From contig CAWFAK010000017.1 in assembly GCA_963813715.1 (NCBI GenBank), forward strand, positions 96,001 to 160,000: DNA of 64,000 nt. The letters are read 5' to 3'. This DNA comes from an uncultured Planctomycetaceae bacterium (GTDB lineage Bacteria; Planctomycetota; Planctomycetia; Planctomycetales; Planctomycetaceae). A program made the position numbers and the translations under genes. Shown here one piece after another: positions 1-10,622 of the stretch. Within the stretch, counting starts at the first letter, position 1. Each line of letters begins with the position of its first letter. The notes beneath the pieces are model-generated. The model did no database searches. It was not told the DNA's origin and saw only the letters and a list, made by a program, of their open reading frames with translations.

Positions 1-396
1 GTCGGCGTAGCCAAAGCCCAGATGATCGATGCCCGAGCCAACGCTGCCGGGCACGGGAACCTTCGTTTCCGTGGGATGAAATTCGAGTGTCGTCTTGCCG
101 AAGCGCACGACACGAACGCGGCCCCGGTCGTTTGAGGAGGCACCCGCCGCAGACGGCGTCGGACTCACGAGCGTGCCGCCCATGTGGTCGCAATACCACT
201 GAGCCGCTGCGGCCGGATCGGAGACGTTGAGCCGCACTCCCCGAAATTCGGCCGCTGCGTGCGCGACCACACCCACGGACAGCAGGACGCACGCAACTGT
301 CGAGCCGACGACAATCCTCCGCTGCCAAGCACGCGACGAGCGGTCTCCGATTCGGTTGGCGATTAGCTCGAACATCACGTTCCCCATTTTCGTCAT
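1..396 (-). CDS. Secreted VOC/glyoxalase-like protein, N-terminal part (runs off window edge)
   Basis: Manual translation from ATG 396: hydrophobic signal-like stretch (IVVGSTVACVLLSVGVVAHA), then VRLNVSDPAAAAQWYCDHMGG and GIDHLGFGYAD, typical VOC strand motifs; ATG overlaps upstream TGA (ATGA). Confidence 0.65.
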   Translation of the reverse strand, partial: MTKMGNVMFELIANRIGDRSSRAWQRRIVVGSTVACVLLSVGVVAHAAAEFRGVRLNVSDPAAAAQWYCDHMGGTLVSPTPSAAGASSNDRGRVRVVRFGKTTLEFHPTETKVPVPGSVGSGIDHLGFGYAD

Positions 397-1446
397 TGTT
401 TCCACGATGTCGGGATGCTCAGTGACCAGACGTCGTTGGACAGCGGTCGAGCGTGGCCTCCCGCGACCCAGAGGCGGTCGTGAAACACGAACGTCGAAAG
501 CTCGTGTCGGGCTTTCCAAATCACGTCCGAGTGCAATTGCGTCCAATCCTTGCCGTCGCGCGAGTACCAGACATCGCCGAGATTCTGCGACGGATTGATT
601 CGACCAGCCTCCCAGCACCCAGATGCGGTCGCGGTAGACGGCTGCGGAAAACCACAAGCGGGGCGGCCAGGGGGCGGTCTGCCGCACCTGCGTCCACGTC
701 ACGCCGTCGTCCGACGACCAGACGTCGTTGAGCGCCCGATACTCGGGCACGTAGTTGCCGCCGCCCAGCACCCACAGCTTGCCGTCCTGAACGACCGCCG
801 CATGATAGGCCCGCGGTGCCCAGCCGGCGTGCTCGGTCACCAGCGTCCACTTCGCGCCGTCCGGACTGGCCCAGACGTCGTTCTTCAAGCTCTTCTGGTC
901 GCCGAAGTAGTAGTTTTCGGTTCCGCCCAAAATCCACATGCGGCTCTTGAAGGAGACGACGCCGGCCGCCAACCGCGGGGACCAGCCGGCGGCGCGTGTC
1001 GCCGGCGTCCAATTGGCCCCGTCGACCGACGACCAGACTTCGTGGCTGGCTTCGTGGCCCGGAAGTCGACCGTTGTACCAGCCCCCCATCAGCCACATCT
1101 TGTCGTCGTGCACGACCGTCATCGCCAGGTCGCTGTGCTTCCACGGCGCACTTGCCGTGACGCGCGTCCAATTCTTGCCGTCGGGCGAGCTCCACACGTC
1201 GCGCGGCGGCGATTCGTACGAGTTGAACCAGCCGCCGAAAATCCAAAGTCGATCGTGGTACACGACTTCGCCCTGAGAATCGCGGGGCTGCCAGGCTGCT
1301 GCGGACGTCACCTGTTGCCAATTGAGTTTCTGGCGATTGGCGTCCGGCTGCACCGAGTTCAATTTCGGCTGCTCGTCCCAGGCTGCCGACGTGCCGACGA
1401 GCGAAAGCAGGAGCGTGACAGTTTGCACGAATTGACGTCGAAACAT
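393..1446 (-). CDS. Secreted Kelch-repeat (galactose-oxidase-like) beta-propeller protein; 1-nt frameshift near 598
   Basis: Manual translation from ATG 1446: signal peptide, then six repeats of LW(I/L/V)xGG...DVWSSxDG..W (RLWIFGGWFNS, KMWLMGGWYNG, RMWILGGTEN, KLWVLGGGNY, RIWVLGGWSN, RLWVAGGH); last repeat lies in the shifted frame ending TGA at 393. Missing from the ORF track. Confidence 0.85.
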
Positions 1447-1837
1447 GTTTTGATCGATCTCCGACAGTGGGGCGTTCGCGGCTGGATTGTACCGGCGGCC
1501 CCGCGCCGGATTCTCGGGAATCCGCACCAAACTTGTCCCGATTTTTGTGGAATTCGCGATGGCGGGCTGACTACGATTGGCGGCTAACCCGCGGCTTCTT
1601 GCTGCGGCCTGACTGCTGATGACTCGAAGGGTGCGGCGCGCTTTCCCATTCTTCCTGGCTCTCAGTTCATTGCTCCCAGTTTATTCTCGACTCAGCTCGC
1701 GTCCGATCATCTCGCCCACCTTTCTGATTGATACCGTTGCCTCGAGCCAGGGTCCGCGCTTGGCGGCCCGTGGATGAGGCATCCGTGTTGTCTGCGAACG
1801 TCCTTGTTCGAACCCGACAGCATCGGCGGGCCCAGCG

Positions 1838-3360
1838 GTGTCTCAGCGCGATCGTTTGCTCGCCCGGCTCTTTCGTATGCCGGGCGACGGGACTCAGCGA
1901 ACCGATCAAATCCTCGGCCACGCGGCTGAGGCCCATCGGCGGCTCTTGAGCTGCGCCGCAGCGGAGGCGACGACAACACGTCGGCCCGCCGGATGGCTGC
2001 CCGCGGCGATCGCCTCGCTCTTGGACCACTTCACCAGCGTGGCCGCCAATGCTCGGAGTGCGGCGTCATCGGGGAGAGCGTTTGCGCGGCGATTTCTGGT
2101 CGATCCGGCTTTTGTTGAAGGGCTGCATCGCGCAACGCTCCTGTCGCCGACGCTGGCCGACTGGCATCGGCGGGTCGCTGAACCGAGCATCGCGAATATC
2201 GCTCCGCCGGCCGATGCCGAGTCCGCGCACCGCTTGGGCAATTCGCTGCTGCCCCTGCTCTTGCGTGTCGACCCGCATTGGCGCGGAGAAGTCGCCCTGC
2301 GGACCGACGTTTATGGCCGGCTGCGATTTCCCCTCTGCGACTGGAGCATGGCGCTTTCGCGGACGGCGGACGGGCCCGGCTGTGTGCTGTCCGACGACCT
2401 CATCACCGCGTCGCTGACTCGCCGCGAGGTGCGACCTGGCGCTAGGCGACACTCCTGGAGGGGACTCTGCTCGTCATGCCGCGGGACGAGTGGCTGCGGA
2501 TGATCGTCGCGAACGACGCCCAACTTGACGGCGACCGCATTCGCTTGCAGACGGCCGACGTCACGGCGCGGCTGCAACACGCCGGTCCGCTGCCCGGTCG
2601 GCGCGTGCGGTACGAGCCGGTCCGCCTCGCCAACGGCAACGACCATTTCGCACTCACCGGTGGCATCATCGCCGCCCTGCTCGGTGCGCTCGGCCGGCAC
2701 TCGCCCGCGATCGCCCGCGAATTCGACACGCTGATGTCGACCGTGCGCGGCTGGGAGCTGCCGGCCGCCGCCTACGGCACGATCCAATCCTTCTCCGATC
2801 CGACCCTGCCGCGAGTGATGGGGATCAACGTCCCCTATGGGCCAGGCGACGAGCCGCGTCTCTGTCCGTTTTGCTTCACCTGGCTTGGACACGAGCTGGG
2901 GCACACCAAGAGCTACCTGATCGAGACGATCCTGCACGTTCGCGGCGAGGCCCTGACGACGAACCAGGCCGACTACACCGAGGTCATTCCCCGCTACGGC
3001 CGGGCCCTCTCGCTGCGGACCGTGCTGCAAGTCCCCTACACACACCTCTACGAATGGACGCTGTTGATGGATTTAGCGGAAGGAGCCTTCGCGGGCCTGC
3101 CCTGGGAGATCACCGACGACGCGCGGGAATTCGGCGAAAACATCCATCAGGAGATCGTCGAGGCGTTCGACCAGATCGAACGCGCCGCACGGCTCACTCC
3201 TTGCGGCCGCGAGGCCGTCGCCCGCCTGCACAGCCTGTGCAGCGAGGCCCAAGTCCGCTGGCAATCGCTAAGCCGGGGCGTCCCCCGTTCGCCGCCCAGT
3301 TGTGACCGCGATCGCGGGCCGTGTAGTTCGGAGTTCAACTCCGGAAAACTGAAAAACTGA
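1838..3360 (+). CDS. HExxH-motif protein resembling aKG-HExxH peptide-modifying enzymes; frameshifted near 2436-2465
   Basis: ORFs 1838..2503 and 2476..3360 join by removing two extra bases; C-terminal QSFSDP...WLGHELGHTKSYL...PRYGRALSLRTVLQVPYTH follows the HEXXH-domain layout. Confidence 0.6.
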
Positions 3361-3840
3361 TCTTGGCCGACTCGATGTTTTGTGGCTGAATAGAAGGAGT
3401 GGCCCTTTGCGCGAGCTTGTGCGCAGTTGACGGCGCGAAACGGAGCCGGAGTGAGCGAGGCCTGCTCGCTGCGAGCTGAAATCGACTAGGGGAAAACCCC
3501 GGGGGTTGGGTCACAATTTTTTACTGTATAGGTGACCCACAAATTGGTGACCCACCCTCACGAGGGGCCGCGCAGTTGGTGACCCACGGCGGGTGGCATG
3601 ACACGCGTCAGAGTGAGACCGACGGGAATCGACGCGATCGAGCAGCCCTCGCTGACGCTTCGGGTTAGTAAATGCGTTAGACCAACCGGAAGCGTGTGCG
3701 AGGACTCTTACTCGGTCGCAAGGGCGGGCCGCGGTCAGGAATTCGCCGGTGGGGAACGGATCCCCGGCGGGGACGAAAATTGGATCCCCGCCGGTGATGG
3801 GGATCCGATTTCACTAAGGGGGAACAAAGATCCCCGGCAG
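3354..3840. repeat. Intergenic mosaic of palindromic/REP-like modules
   Basis: GGTGACCCAC x3 (3531, 3546, 3578) with inverted GGGTCAC (3508); inverted pair CCTCGCTGACGCTTCGGGTT (3647-3666) / AACCGGAAGCGTGTGCGAGG (3684-3703); GGATCCCC..GGGGATCC hairpin; modules recur at 47860-47907 and 63054-63344. Confidence 0.8.
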
Positions 3841-3851
3841 TTCTTTGACCC

Positions 3852-5753
3852 TTACTGGCGACTGCAGGTGATCGCGGAAACCGAGAGCGCCGGCAGCGTC
3901 ACTTTGCCGCTAGTGAGCTTGTGGCTGACGGTTTGAACTCGGTTCGGCGTCTCCCAGTGATTCATCACGTCGGGCTGGCGTGAGTCGTGCGTGTCGCAGA
4001 CTGTCTCGATCGTTCGCGCCGTCATCGGGCCCGCGAGTTCGCCGAGGTCGAGCGACACGTTCGCCGGCTCGCGGTTGGAATTGACGGCAAAGACGCAGAC
4101 GCGCTGCCGCCGTTCGTCGGTGCAGGCCACGACGTCGATGCCGCGAGGCGTTTTGCCGACGGTCAGCGGGACGGGCAACGCGTGTTCGGCGTAGAGCCGC
4201 ATCACGTGGTAGCTCGGCCGTTTGAGCATGCCTGAGGCGTTGGTGCCGATGATGCCGCTGCAGAAGCTGTTGGTCATGTTCGAGCGGCAGGCGATGTCGA
4301 CGAGGTTCGAATTGCGGACGAGCAGGTTGAGGTAGCGAGCGTTCAAGAGCGCCCCTTCGAGCGTGAGCATCTTGCCTCGCAACAGGCCCCAGTCGCCGGC
4401 GGTGAAGTTCCACTCGGTGACGGCCAAGCGCAAGTGGCCGCAGCCGGGCGTGTGGGCGATCATCTGGGCCAGATGCTGAAAGTCGGCTTCGCAGGCGGCG
4501 CAGATCCCGCGTGTAGTGGTGCGGCGCGAGGAAGGCGAGGTCGCGGCCCAGCACGTTCAGCACCTTCTGGGACGGGAACGAGGAGACGATGGCGATCGAC
4601 GGGTCGACTTTTTTCATCGCTCGGATGAAATCGGTGCACTTCTTGATATACGCGTCGTCGTCGCCGCTGATCTCGTTGCCGAGCTGCCAGTATTTGACGG
4701 CGTAGGGGGCGGCGTGACCGTTGGCCGCCCGGCGTGCGCCCCACGTGCTCGTTGCCGGGCCGTTGCAATACTCGACCAGGTCGGCCGCGCTCTGGGGACC
4801 GTCGGAGAAGCTGACGCAGACGAGGGGCCGCGCGTCGACGAGCGCGCAAAACCGGCAGAACTCGTCGATGCCGACGTCGTTCGGATCGATCCGTCCCCAG
4901 TTGACGTTCTCGAACGGAACGCGCCGATCGCGGTCACCGATGCCGTTCTTCCAGCGGTAGCGGCCCGGATCGACGGCGCTGCCGCCCCAACGGATGAGAG
5001 CCGGACGCGCAGCGCGAATCGCGTCCACTACGTCCCGTCGCCAGCCGTTCAGCTCTCCCGTCGCGCTCTCCTCCGGCATCAGCGACAGCTTGTCGACCCA
5101 GACGGTGCCTTGGCCGACGACGCGCAGCGCGAACACGGCGTGGTCGGACGTGCCCTTCGGCTCGAGCCGGGCGGACGAACGGACCCAAGATGACGAACGG
5201 CGCGGACAAGTCGACCGCGGCCAGCTCGGCAAAGCGGCCGTCGGGCAGCTTCGATTGAAGGACGGCCTGCACGTTCACATCGCCGCCGTTGCTCCTCAAC
5301 CAGCCGGAGAAGCGATAGACGCGGCCCGTGATCACAGCCAGGCCCGATTGTGTGAGTTCGGCCGCGCGGCCGCCGTGGGCCGTGATGCGAGCGCATCGCG
5401 GTCCATTGAAGGGGTCCTTCGTTTCGATTTCCCAATCCGTCCCGCGGTCCCACTGGCGGTCGCAGAACGTCGGCGATCCGTCGTAATAGACCCAGTTGGC
5501 GGGCGGCCGGACTCCCTCGAAGCCGCGGTCGTTGAGCATTTCGGCATACATGCCCGGACACAGGTCGTCGAGCAGTTCGATGAAATTTCCGAAAAGCATG
5601 GGGTTGATCCGGCCGTCGTGCAGCGGCCGCGGCCGAAACTTTGAGCACAACATCGGCCGCCCGGCATCTCTTCCAACCGTCACAACCGGCCCACAGGACG
5701 AGCGCGATCAACAGCCAGCCAGTACCGATTCGACGGACGTTCGTCGCTCTCAT
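3852..5753 (-). CDS. Secreted alpha-L-arabinofuranosidase-like glycoside hydrolase (GH51) with carbohydrate-binding insert; about 3 frameshifts
   Basis: INPMLFGNFIELL, GWRRDVVDAI...IRWGG, YWQLGNEI (acid/base Glu), AVTEWN (nucleophile Glu), C-terminal TLPALSVSAI; pieces in ORFs 4934..5683, 3910..5232 and 3852..4463; signal peptide from ATG 5753. Confidence 0.85.
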
Positions 5754-5987
5754 CGCTCTAACCCTCAGGACCCGATCGTCGCAGACGGGAACTGCGCGGG
5801 CGGCTGCGGTGGCCACGCGCACGGCAGATACAACCGTTCGAGACGTTGCGACCCGCCGCGCGGGCCGGCCCGGCGAGGCGCTCGTTTGCCTGAATTTTTG
5901 GCGTCCCGAACCCGCGGAGCGACATAGATTTCTGTGGGTAATTTGGGCCGCTTTTGCCGCGCCCGCACGTTTGACGGTTTGCCGCTC

Positions 5988-7167
5988 ATGGGTGACGAAC
6001 GCAGGAAATACTATCGCTATCCGGTCACGACCGGGAGCGACGCCGTCGTGGTCCGTCATCACGGGATCGAACGGCCCGCGCGACTGGTCAACCTGTCGTC
6101 CGACGGCTTCCGCGTCGATCTCGACCAGCAGTCGATCGAGGTCGACGAAGAGTCGATCGTCGAAGTGGGCGACATTGTGCTGATGGCGACTTCGAACGGC
6201 TTTCATCGCGTCCGCGTCGTGAACGTGGCCCGAGGGGACGGCATGCTGCAGCTCGGATTGCAGCGTCTGCAGGATCTGCCCGCAAACGCGGTCGAAAAGC
6301 ACGAAGAGGCGGAAGGCCGTTCGCGGCCGAAACGGCGTCCCAAGGGGGGCGTTCACGCCACCTTCGCGCAGATCCTGGTGCCGGCGGCGCTCGGCATACT
6401 GATCCTGGGAACGATCGTCTGGACTTGGAACTCCGAGACCGATCCCGTGGGGACCGTCGTCGGCACGGACGGATTCGACACGCCGACCAGCGACTACGGG
6501 CGACGGCGGCGAGCGGCTTCCGAATCGAGCGAGACTGTGGCCGCCAACAACGACAAGCCAAAACGGCGGACGGCGGCCGGTGAAGGCCGCGACGTCGCCG
6601 GCTCGACCCCCTGGATTCATGGGAATAGCTCGAACGACGACTCGAAGATGTCGCGCGGCGAGCGTGCCAACGAAGCAGCGTCGTCGCCGGCCGACGCCTC
6701 GGTCGCCCGGTCAGACTCGCCCGCGGGCGAGAGCGTCCCCGCGGACGGCGCTGGCGGCGGCCCACCAAGCGAGTCGTTCAGCGGGACGACCCTGAGCTTC
6801 GATCCGCGCCGATGCGATGGCCAACATTGAAGTGGCCCTGCATACGGCCAGTCGCGAGAACAAGCACGTACTGGTCGAGTTCGGCGGCAGTGCGTGCGAC
6901 TCGTGCAGCCGGCTCAATAGCGCCATCGCCAAGGACTCGGAGATCGCGAACGCCTTTCAGAAGGCCTTCGTGCTGGTCCTCGTCGACATCGAGGCGAATG
7001 AAAAGCTCGCGGCCCGCTACGTGCGGGACGAGCTGCGAGAGCCGTTCCTGGCCCTGCTCAACAAAGAGGGCAAAGTCCTGAGACGGCGTCGGACGGCCGA
7101 GCTGCAGGAAGGTTCCAAGCTCAACGTCGGCAAGGTCAAAGAGTTCTTGCAACTCTCGGCCGGCTGA
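5988..7167 (+). CDS. PilZ domain - transmembrane helix - low-complexity linker - thioredoxin-like (CxxC) fusion; frameshift near 6808
   Basis: ERRKYYR (RxxxR) and NLSSDG (D/NxSxxG) PilZ motifs; TM ILVPAALGILILGTIVWTW; adding one base gives SFDPRADAMANIEVAL...VLVEFGGSACDSC, continuing into ORF 6817..7167. Confidence 0.7.
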
Positions 7168-7306
7168 CAGGCCGCGTCATCTGCTTAGGACGGGTTGCGA
7201 ATCCGAATCGTCGCGGTTTGACTGCGGCGGCATTCGCTTGGCGGCCTGTGCGCGAGGGCGATAGGATGGGGCCGCTTGGCGTTCGTTCCGGAAAGGACTT
7301 CCGACG

Positions 7307-8800
7307 ATGACACGGTTCTCCCCCGCTCGACCGCGTTTTTGGGCCTCCTGCGCCCGTCTTCTCACGGCGCTGTTCGTGCTCTTCGCATGGAGGACGACGG
7401 CGGTCGGCCAGCAGCGTCGCCCCGTCGAAACGAAGGCTCAAACGAAGCCACAGCCCAAGCCTGCATCCAAACATGCCGGCCCCAAAAAATTCTTCGTGAT
7501 CGCACCCGAGGCCTTTCATCCGGCCCTGGCCGAGTATCTCGAGTACAAGCGCTCGGTCCGTCCCACGGTGCTGATCTCGCTGGAAAAGGTGCTGAAGTCG
7601 AATGCCGGGCTCGACGATCCGGAACGCCTCAAGCACTTTCTCTACAACGCGTGGCACAAGCAGCGGCTGGGCTACGTGCTGCTCGTGGGCGACGTGGATG
7701 TGATGCCCGTGCGGTACATGGTGCTCGACCGCAAGACGCCGGCGGCGTTCGACTACGCCTTTTATCCGTCGGACCTGTATTACGCCGACCTCGCCCGGAA
7801 AGACGGCAGCTTCGACGATTGGAACGCGGTCAAGGAGGGCTTTCACCGCTTCTATATCGGCGAGGTCCGCGGCGAGAATTTCAAACGCGATCCGATCAAT
7901 TACGATCAGATCACTTACGAGCCCAAGATCGCCTTCGGCCGCTGGCCGGTCAGCACCGAACAGCAAGTTCGCACCGTTGCGACCAAGACGATCGCTTACG
8001 AGAAGAGCATTCGCGACGGGACGCATCCCGGGCTGCGGCGCGCCGATTTCTTTAACACGGCCGGCTACGTCGACGTCCGCGATCGGATGACCGCTTGGGC
8101 TCGCGAGCTACCACCCGGCTGGAGTGCGGGCCGCTATTTTTACACCGACGACAAAAAGCCTTACCACACGCCGCCGCCGGACGAGGCCCACGTGATGGAA
8201 GCGGCCGACCGAGGCTGCGCGCTCATCGCACACGTCGGCCATGGCAGCGACAATTCGTGGTTCAAATCGATTTCGACGCGCGGCCTTTCCAAGCTGAAGG
8301 ACGCCGATCGCCTCCCGGTGATGATTTCGGTCGGTTGCAGCACGGCGAACTTCGCCCCTTTGCCGCCGTACAGCGCTTACGTGGACGTCGACGGTAAGGA
8401 GCATGCGGGAACCAACGCCAAAGAAGTTTTCCGCGCGCCGCCTCCCCCGCCGTCGCCCTATCAAAAGGGCAAGTACAACCCGACGGGGCTCGGCGAGCAG
8501 CTGCTCAAGCATCCCGACACGGGCGCGGTGATCTATATCGGCTGCAACACCGGGGCCCAGCCCTGCGCGATCAGCCTCTTGGAAGGCTTCTTGACCGCAA
8601 TGCGCAAGCCCGAGCCGCCGCTGGTCGGAGACTGCTGGGTCAGCGCGATCCGCTACTACCATCAAAAGGAGCGGCTCGCTCAGCTGGTGCCGAACAACGA
8701 CTGGTATCCCCCCTCGATCTTCTTTCAAGGGGAGAAATTCATGTTCTTCGGCGACCCGACGCTGCCCTTCGCGCATTCGCCGCCCGTTGCGGCAAAGTGA
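7307..8800 (+). CDS. Peptidase C25 (gingipain-like) cysteine peptidase, secreted
   Basis: Signal peptide; YVLLVGDVDVMP, SDLYYADL, IAFGRWPV, HVGHGS (catalytic His), ISVGCST (catalytic Cys), FFGDPTL. Confidence 0.85.
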   Translation: MTRFSPARPRFWASCARLLTALFVLFAWRTTAVGQQRRPVETKAQTKPQPKPASKHAGPKKFFVIAPEAFHPALAEYLEYKRSVRPTVLISLEKVLKSNAGLDDPERLKHFLYNAWHKQRLGYVLLVGDVDVMPVRYMVLDRKTPAAFDYAFYPSDLYYADLARKDGSFDDWNAVKEGFHRFYIGEVRGENFKRDPINYDQITYEPKIAFGRWPVSTEQQVRTVATKTIAYEKSIRDGTHPGLRRADFFNTAGYVDVRDRMTAWARELPPGWSAGRYFYTDDKKPYHTPPPDEAHVMEAADRGCALIAHVGHGSDNSWFKSISTRGLSKLKDADRLPVMISVGCSTANFAPLPPYSAYVDVDGKEHAGTNAKEVFRAPPPPPSPYQKGKYNPTGLGEQLLKHPDTGAVIYIGCNTGAQPCAISLLEGFLTAMRKPEPPLVGDCWVSAIRYYHQKERLAQLVPNNDWYPPSIFFQGEKFMFFGDPTLPFAHSPPVAAK

Positions 8801-8842
8801 CGGAATGCGTTGCGGATCCCTCGCCTGCGCTCGACCCGCCGT

Positions 8843-10622
8843 TTAAGGACCAAAAAGGCCCCATTCGCTCCGCATCCACCGGCGCCAGGCGTCGAACCCG
8901 AAAACGCACGACAAGAACGCAAACGGCAACGCGATGCGCCAGTGACTCTCGTGGTCCAGCACAAGTCGACCAGCCATCGTCATCGCCGCGAACAACAGCA
9001 GCACCCCGCCGACGGCCAGAAAGCTCGCCAACATCCGGTGTCGCAGCGTCAGCAGCCACAGTCCGCCCGTGACGAGGAGCGCAGCTGCCAAGGCGATTGC
9101 CAGGCCGCCCAGCCTAATCACCGGCATTTCCAACCGCCAGCGCAGCGCAACGTCGCAGAATTTCAGCGTCACGAAAAGCACCGCCAGAATTCCCAGCACG
9201 TCGAAGACGTATGCGACGAAGGCCGCGCGGGCTAATTGGCCGCGCGTCCACGGATAGAGCAATTGAACGGAGAAGGTTTTTCGCCGTTGCCACCAGTTCG
9301 AGAAAATATGCGACAGGGAGATCAGCCAGCCGGCCGCGAGCAACAGGCCGACAAGCAGCGTCGAAAACAGGCGCGAGGGCCAAGGAAACAGGCTCGAGGG
9401 CCAAAAATGGTCGAGCAAGACGACCAAAACGATCGGAGCCACGATGCGAACGACGACGGGCATGAGCACGTCCGGGTTGCCCGCATGGATCGCCCGGATC
9501 TGCCAGAGCCACTGCGGCAGGCGACTCGGCCCGCGGAGCCGGTCCAGGCGACGCTCGAAGCGGATCGGCAGGACGCCGCGCGCGACGCGGCGTTTTTCCA
9601 CATCCTGCAGCGAGAGGATGGGGGTCGCACCCGCTTCGCTCGCCGCCACGCAATAGGCGGGCATCCGCATGGCCACCGCGACGCCAAGGATCGCCCCCGT
9701 GAGCAGGAACCCGGCTGCCAGCCACGGCAACTCTCCGAGCAGAAAGCTTTCCAGCACATAGGGCCGGACGATGAACATCCCGCAGCAGACGGTGGTCGCC
9801 CCGAGCAGAGACGGCCCCGCCGATTTGGTCCCCCGCGACCGGTACCCGAGCCCCCGATGGATCGACTTTGCTCCCCGCGGATTGCCGCGAACCGAATGGG
9901 GCGCCGGGGAGCGCAAGCACGCGGAATTCAAACGCGCTCCACGCGCCCCAGGCAAAAGCCTGGACGGCCGCCGCAGCAAAGAGATCGTCGCCATATTTCC
10001 CGGCGACCAGCGTCGCAACGAGAATCCCGAGGCCGGAAAGGATGCCCAGAAACAGCAGGTGGGGCGCGACGTACCGCGGGAATATCCGCGCTTGCGGCAG
10101 GGAAAAGAACGCCTGGCTCTGCTGCAGCACGGCGCCTCCCAGAGTCAACGTCGCCAAAAGCAAGAAGAGCGTCGACGCGAGTCGTCCCCCGTTGAGTTCC
10201 AAATGCCAGACGCGGATCCCCGGCAATCGGTCGCGGATCCGCCGAAATTGGACCGCGTCGTTGTAGCCGCCAATATAGATGCGTTCCAAATTGGGCAGAT
10301 TGTTGAGCGCTGCTCTCACGGCGTCGACGTTGTCCCGATGTGCGCTCCGCGGCAGGCGGTAGGCATAGGAACCGACGCCTGGTCGCACGATCAGGGCGGG
10401 GTTTTGGAAAGTGCGGGGTCGACCGTCCGACCCGAATACATCGGTCGCCAAGTCCGCCGTGTCCGACGGGAGCAAGAACTCCGGGCACTGGAAGTACGTG
10501 TCCTTCGGCGACACGGGCCACAGAAATGCGCTGGTGCAGACGCAGGCGTACGCGAATGTCCACAGCCACAGCAAGCGGCGCGTGGTCCAGGCCCGCGTGA
10601 CGGCTGCCAGGCGTCTAAGCAA
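8843..10622 (-). CDS. Multi-pass membrane protein, probable ABC permease; frameshift near 9830-9880
   Basis: Many hydrophobic helices across ORFs 9114..10622 and 8843..10018; start overlaps the stop of the ABC ATPase. Confidence 0.7.

Noticed and set aside
1..1446. Kelch-VOC fusion (one open frame from 1446 to the window edge)
   Set aside because: The last Kelch repeat is in another frame ending at TGA 393, and the VOC gene has its own signal peptide; the fusion results from one indel near 598.
1619..1777. 52-aa ORF (MTRRVRRAFPFFLAL...) as precursor peptide for the HExxH protein
   Set aside because: No clear RBS and no recognisable leader or core motif; cannot be supported.
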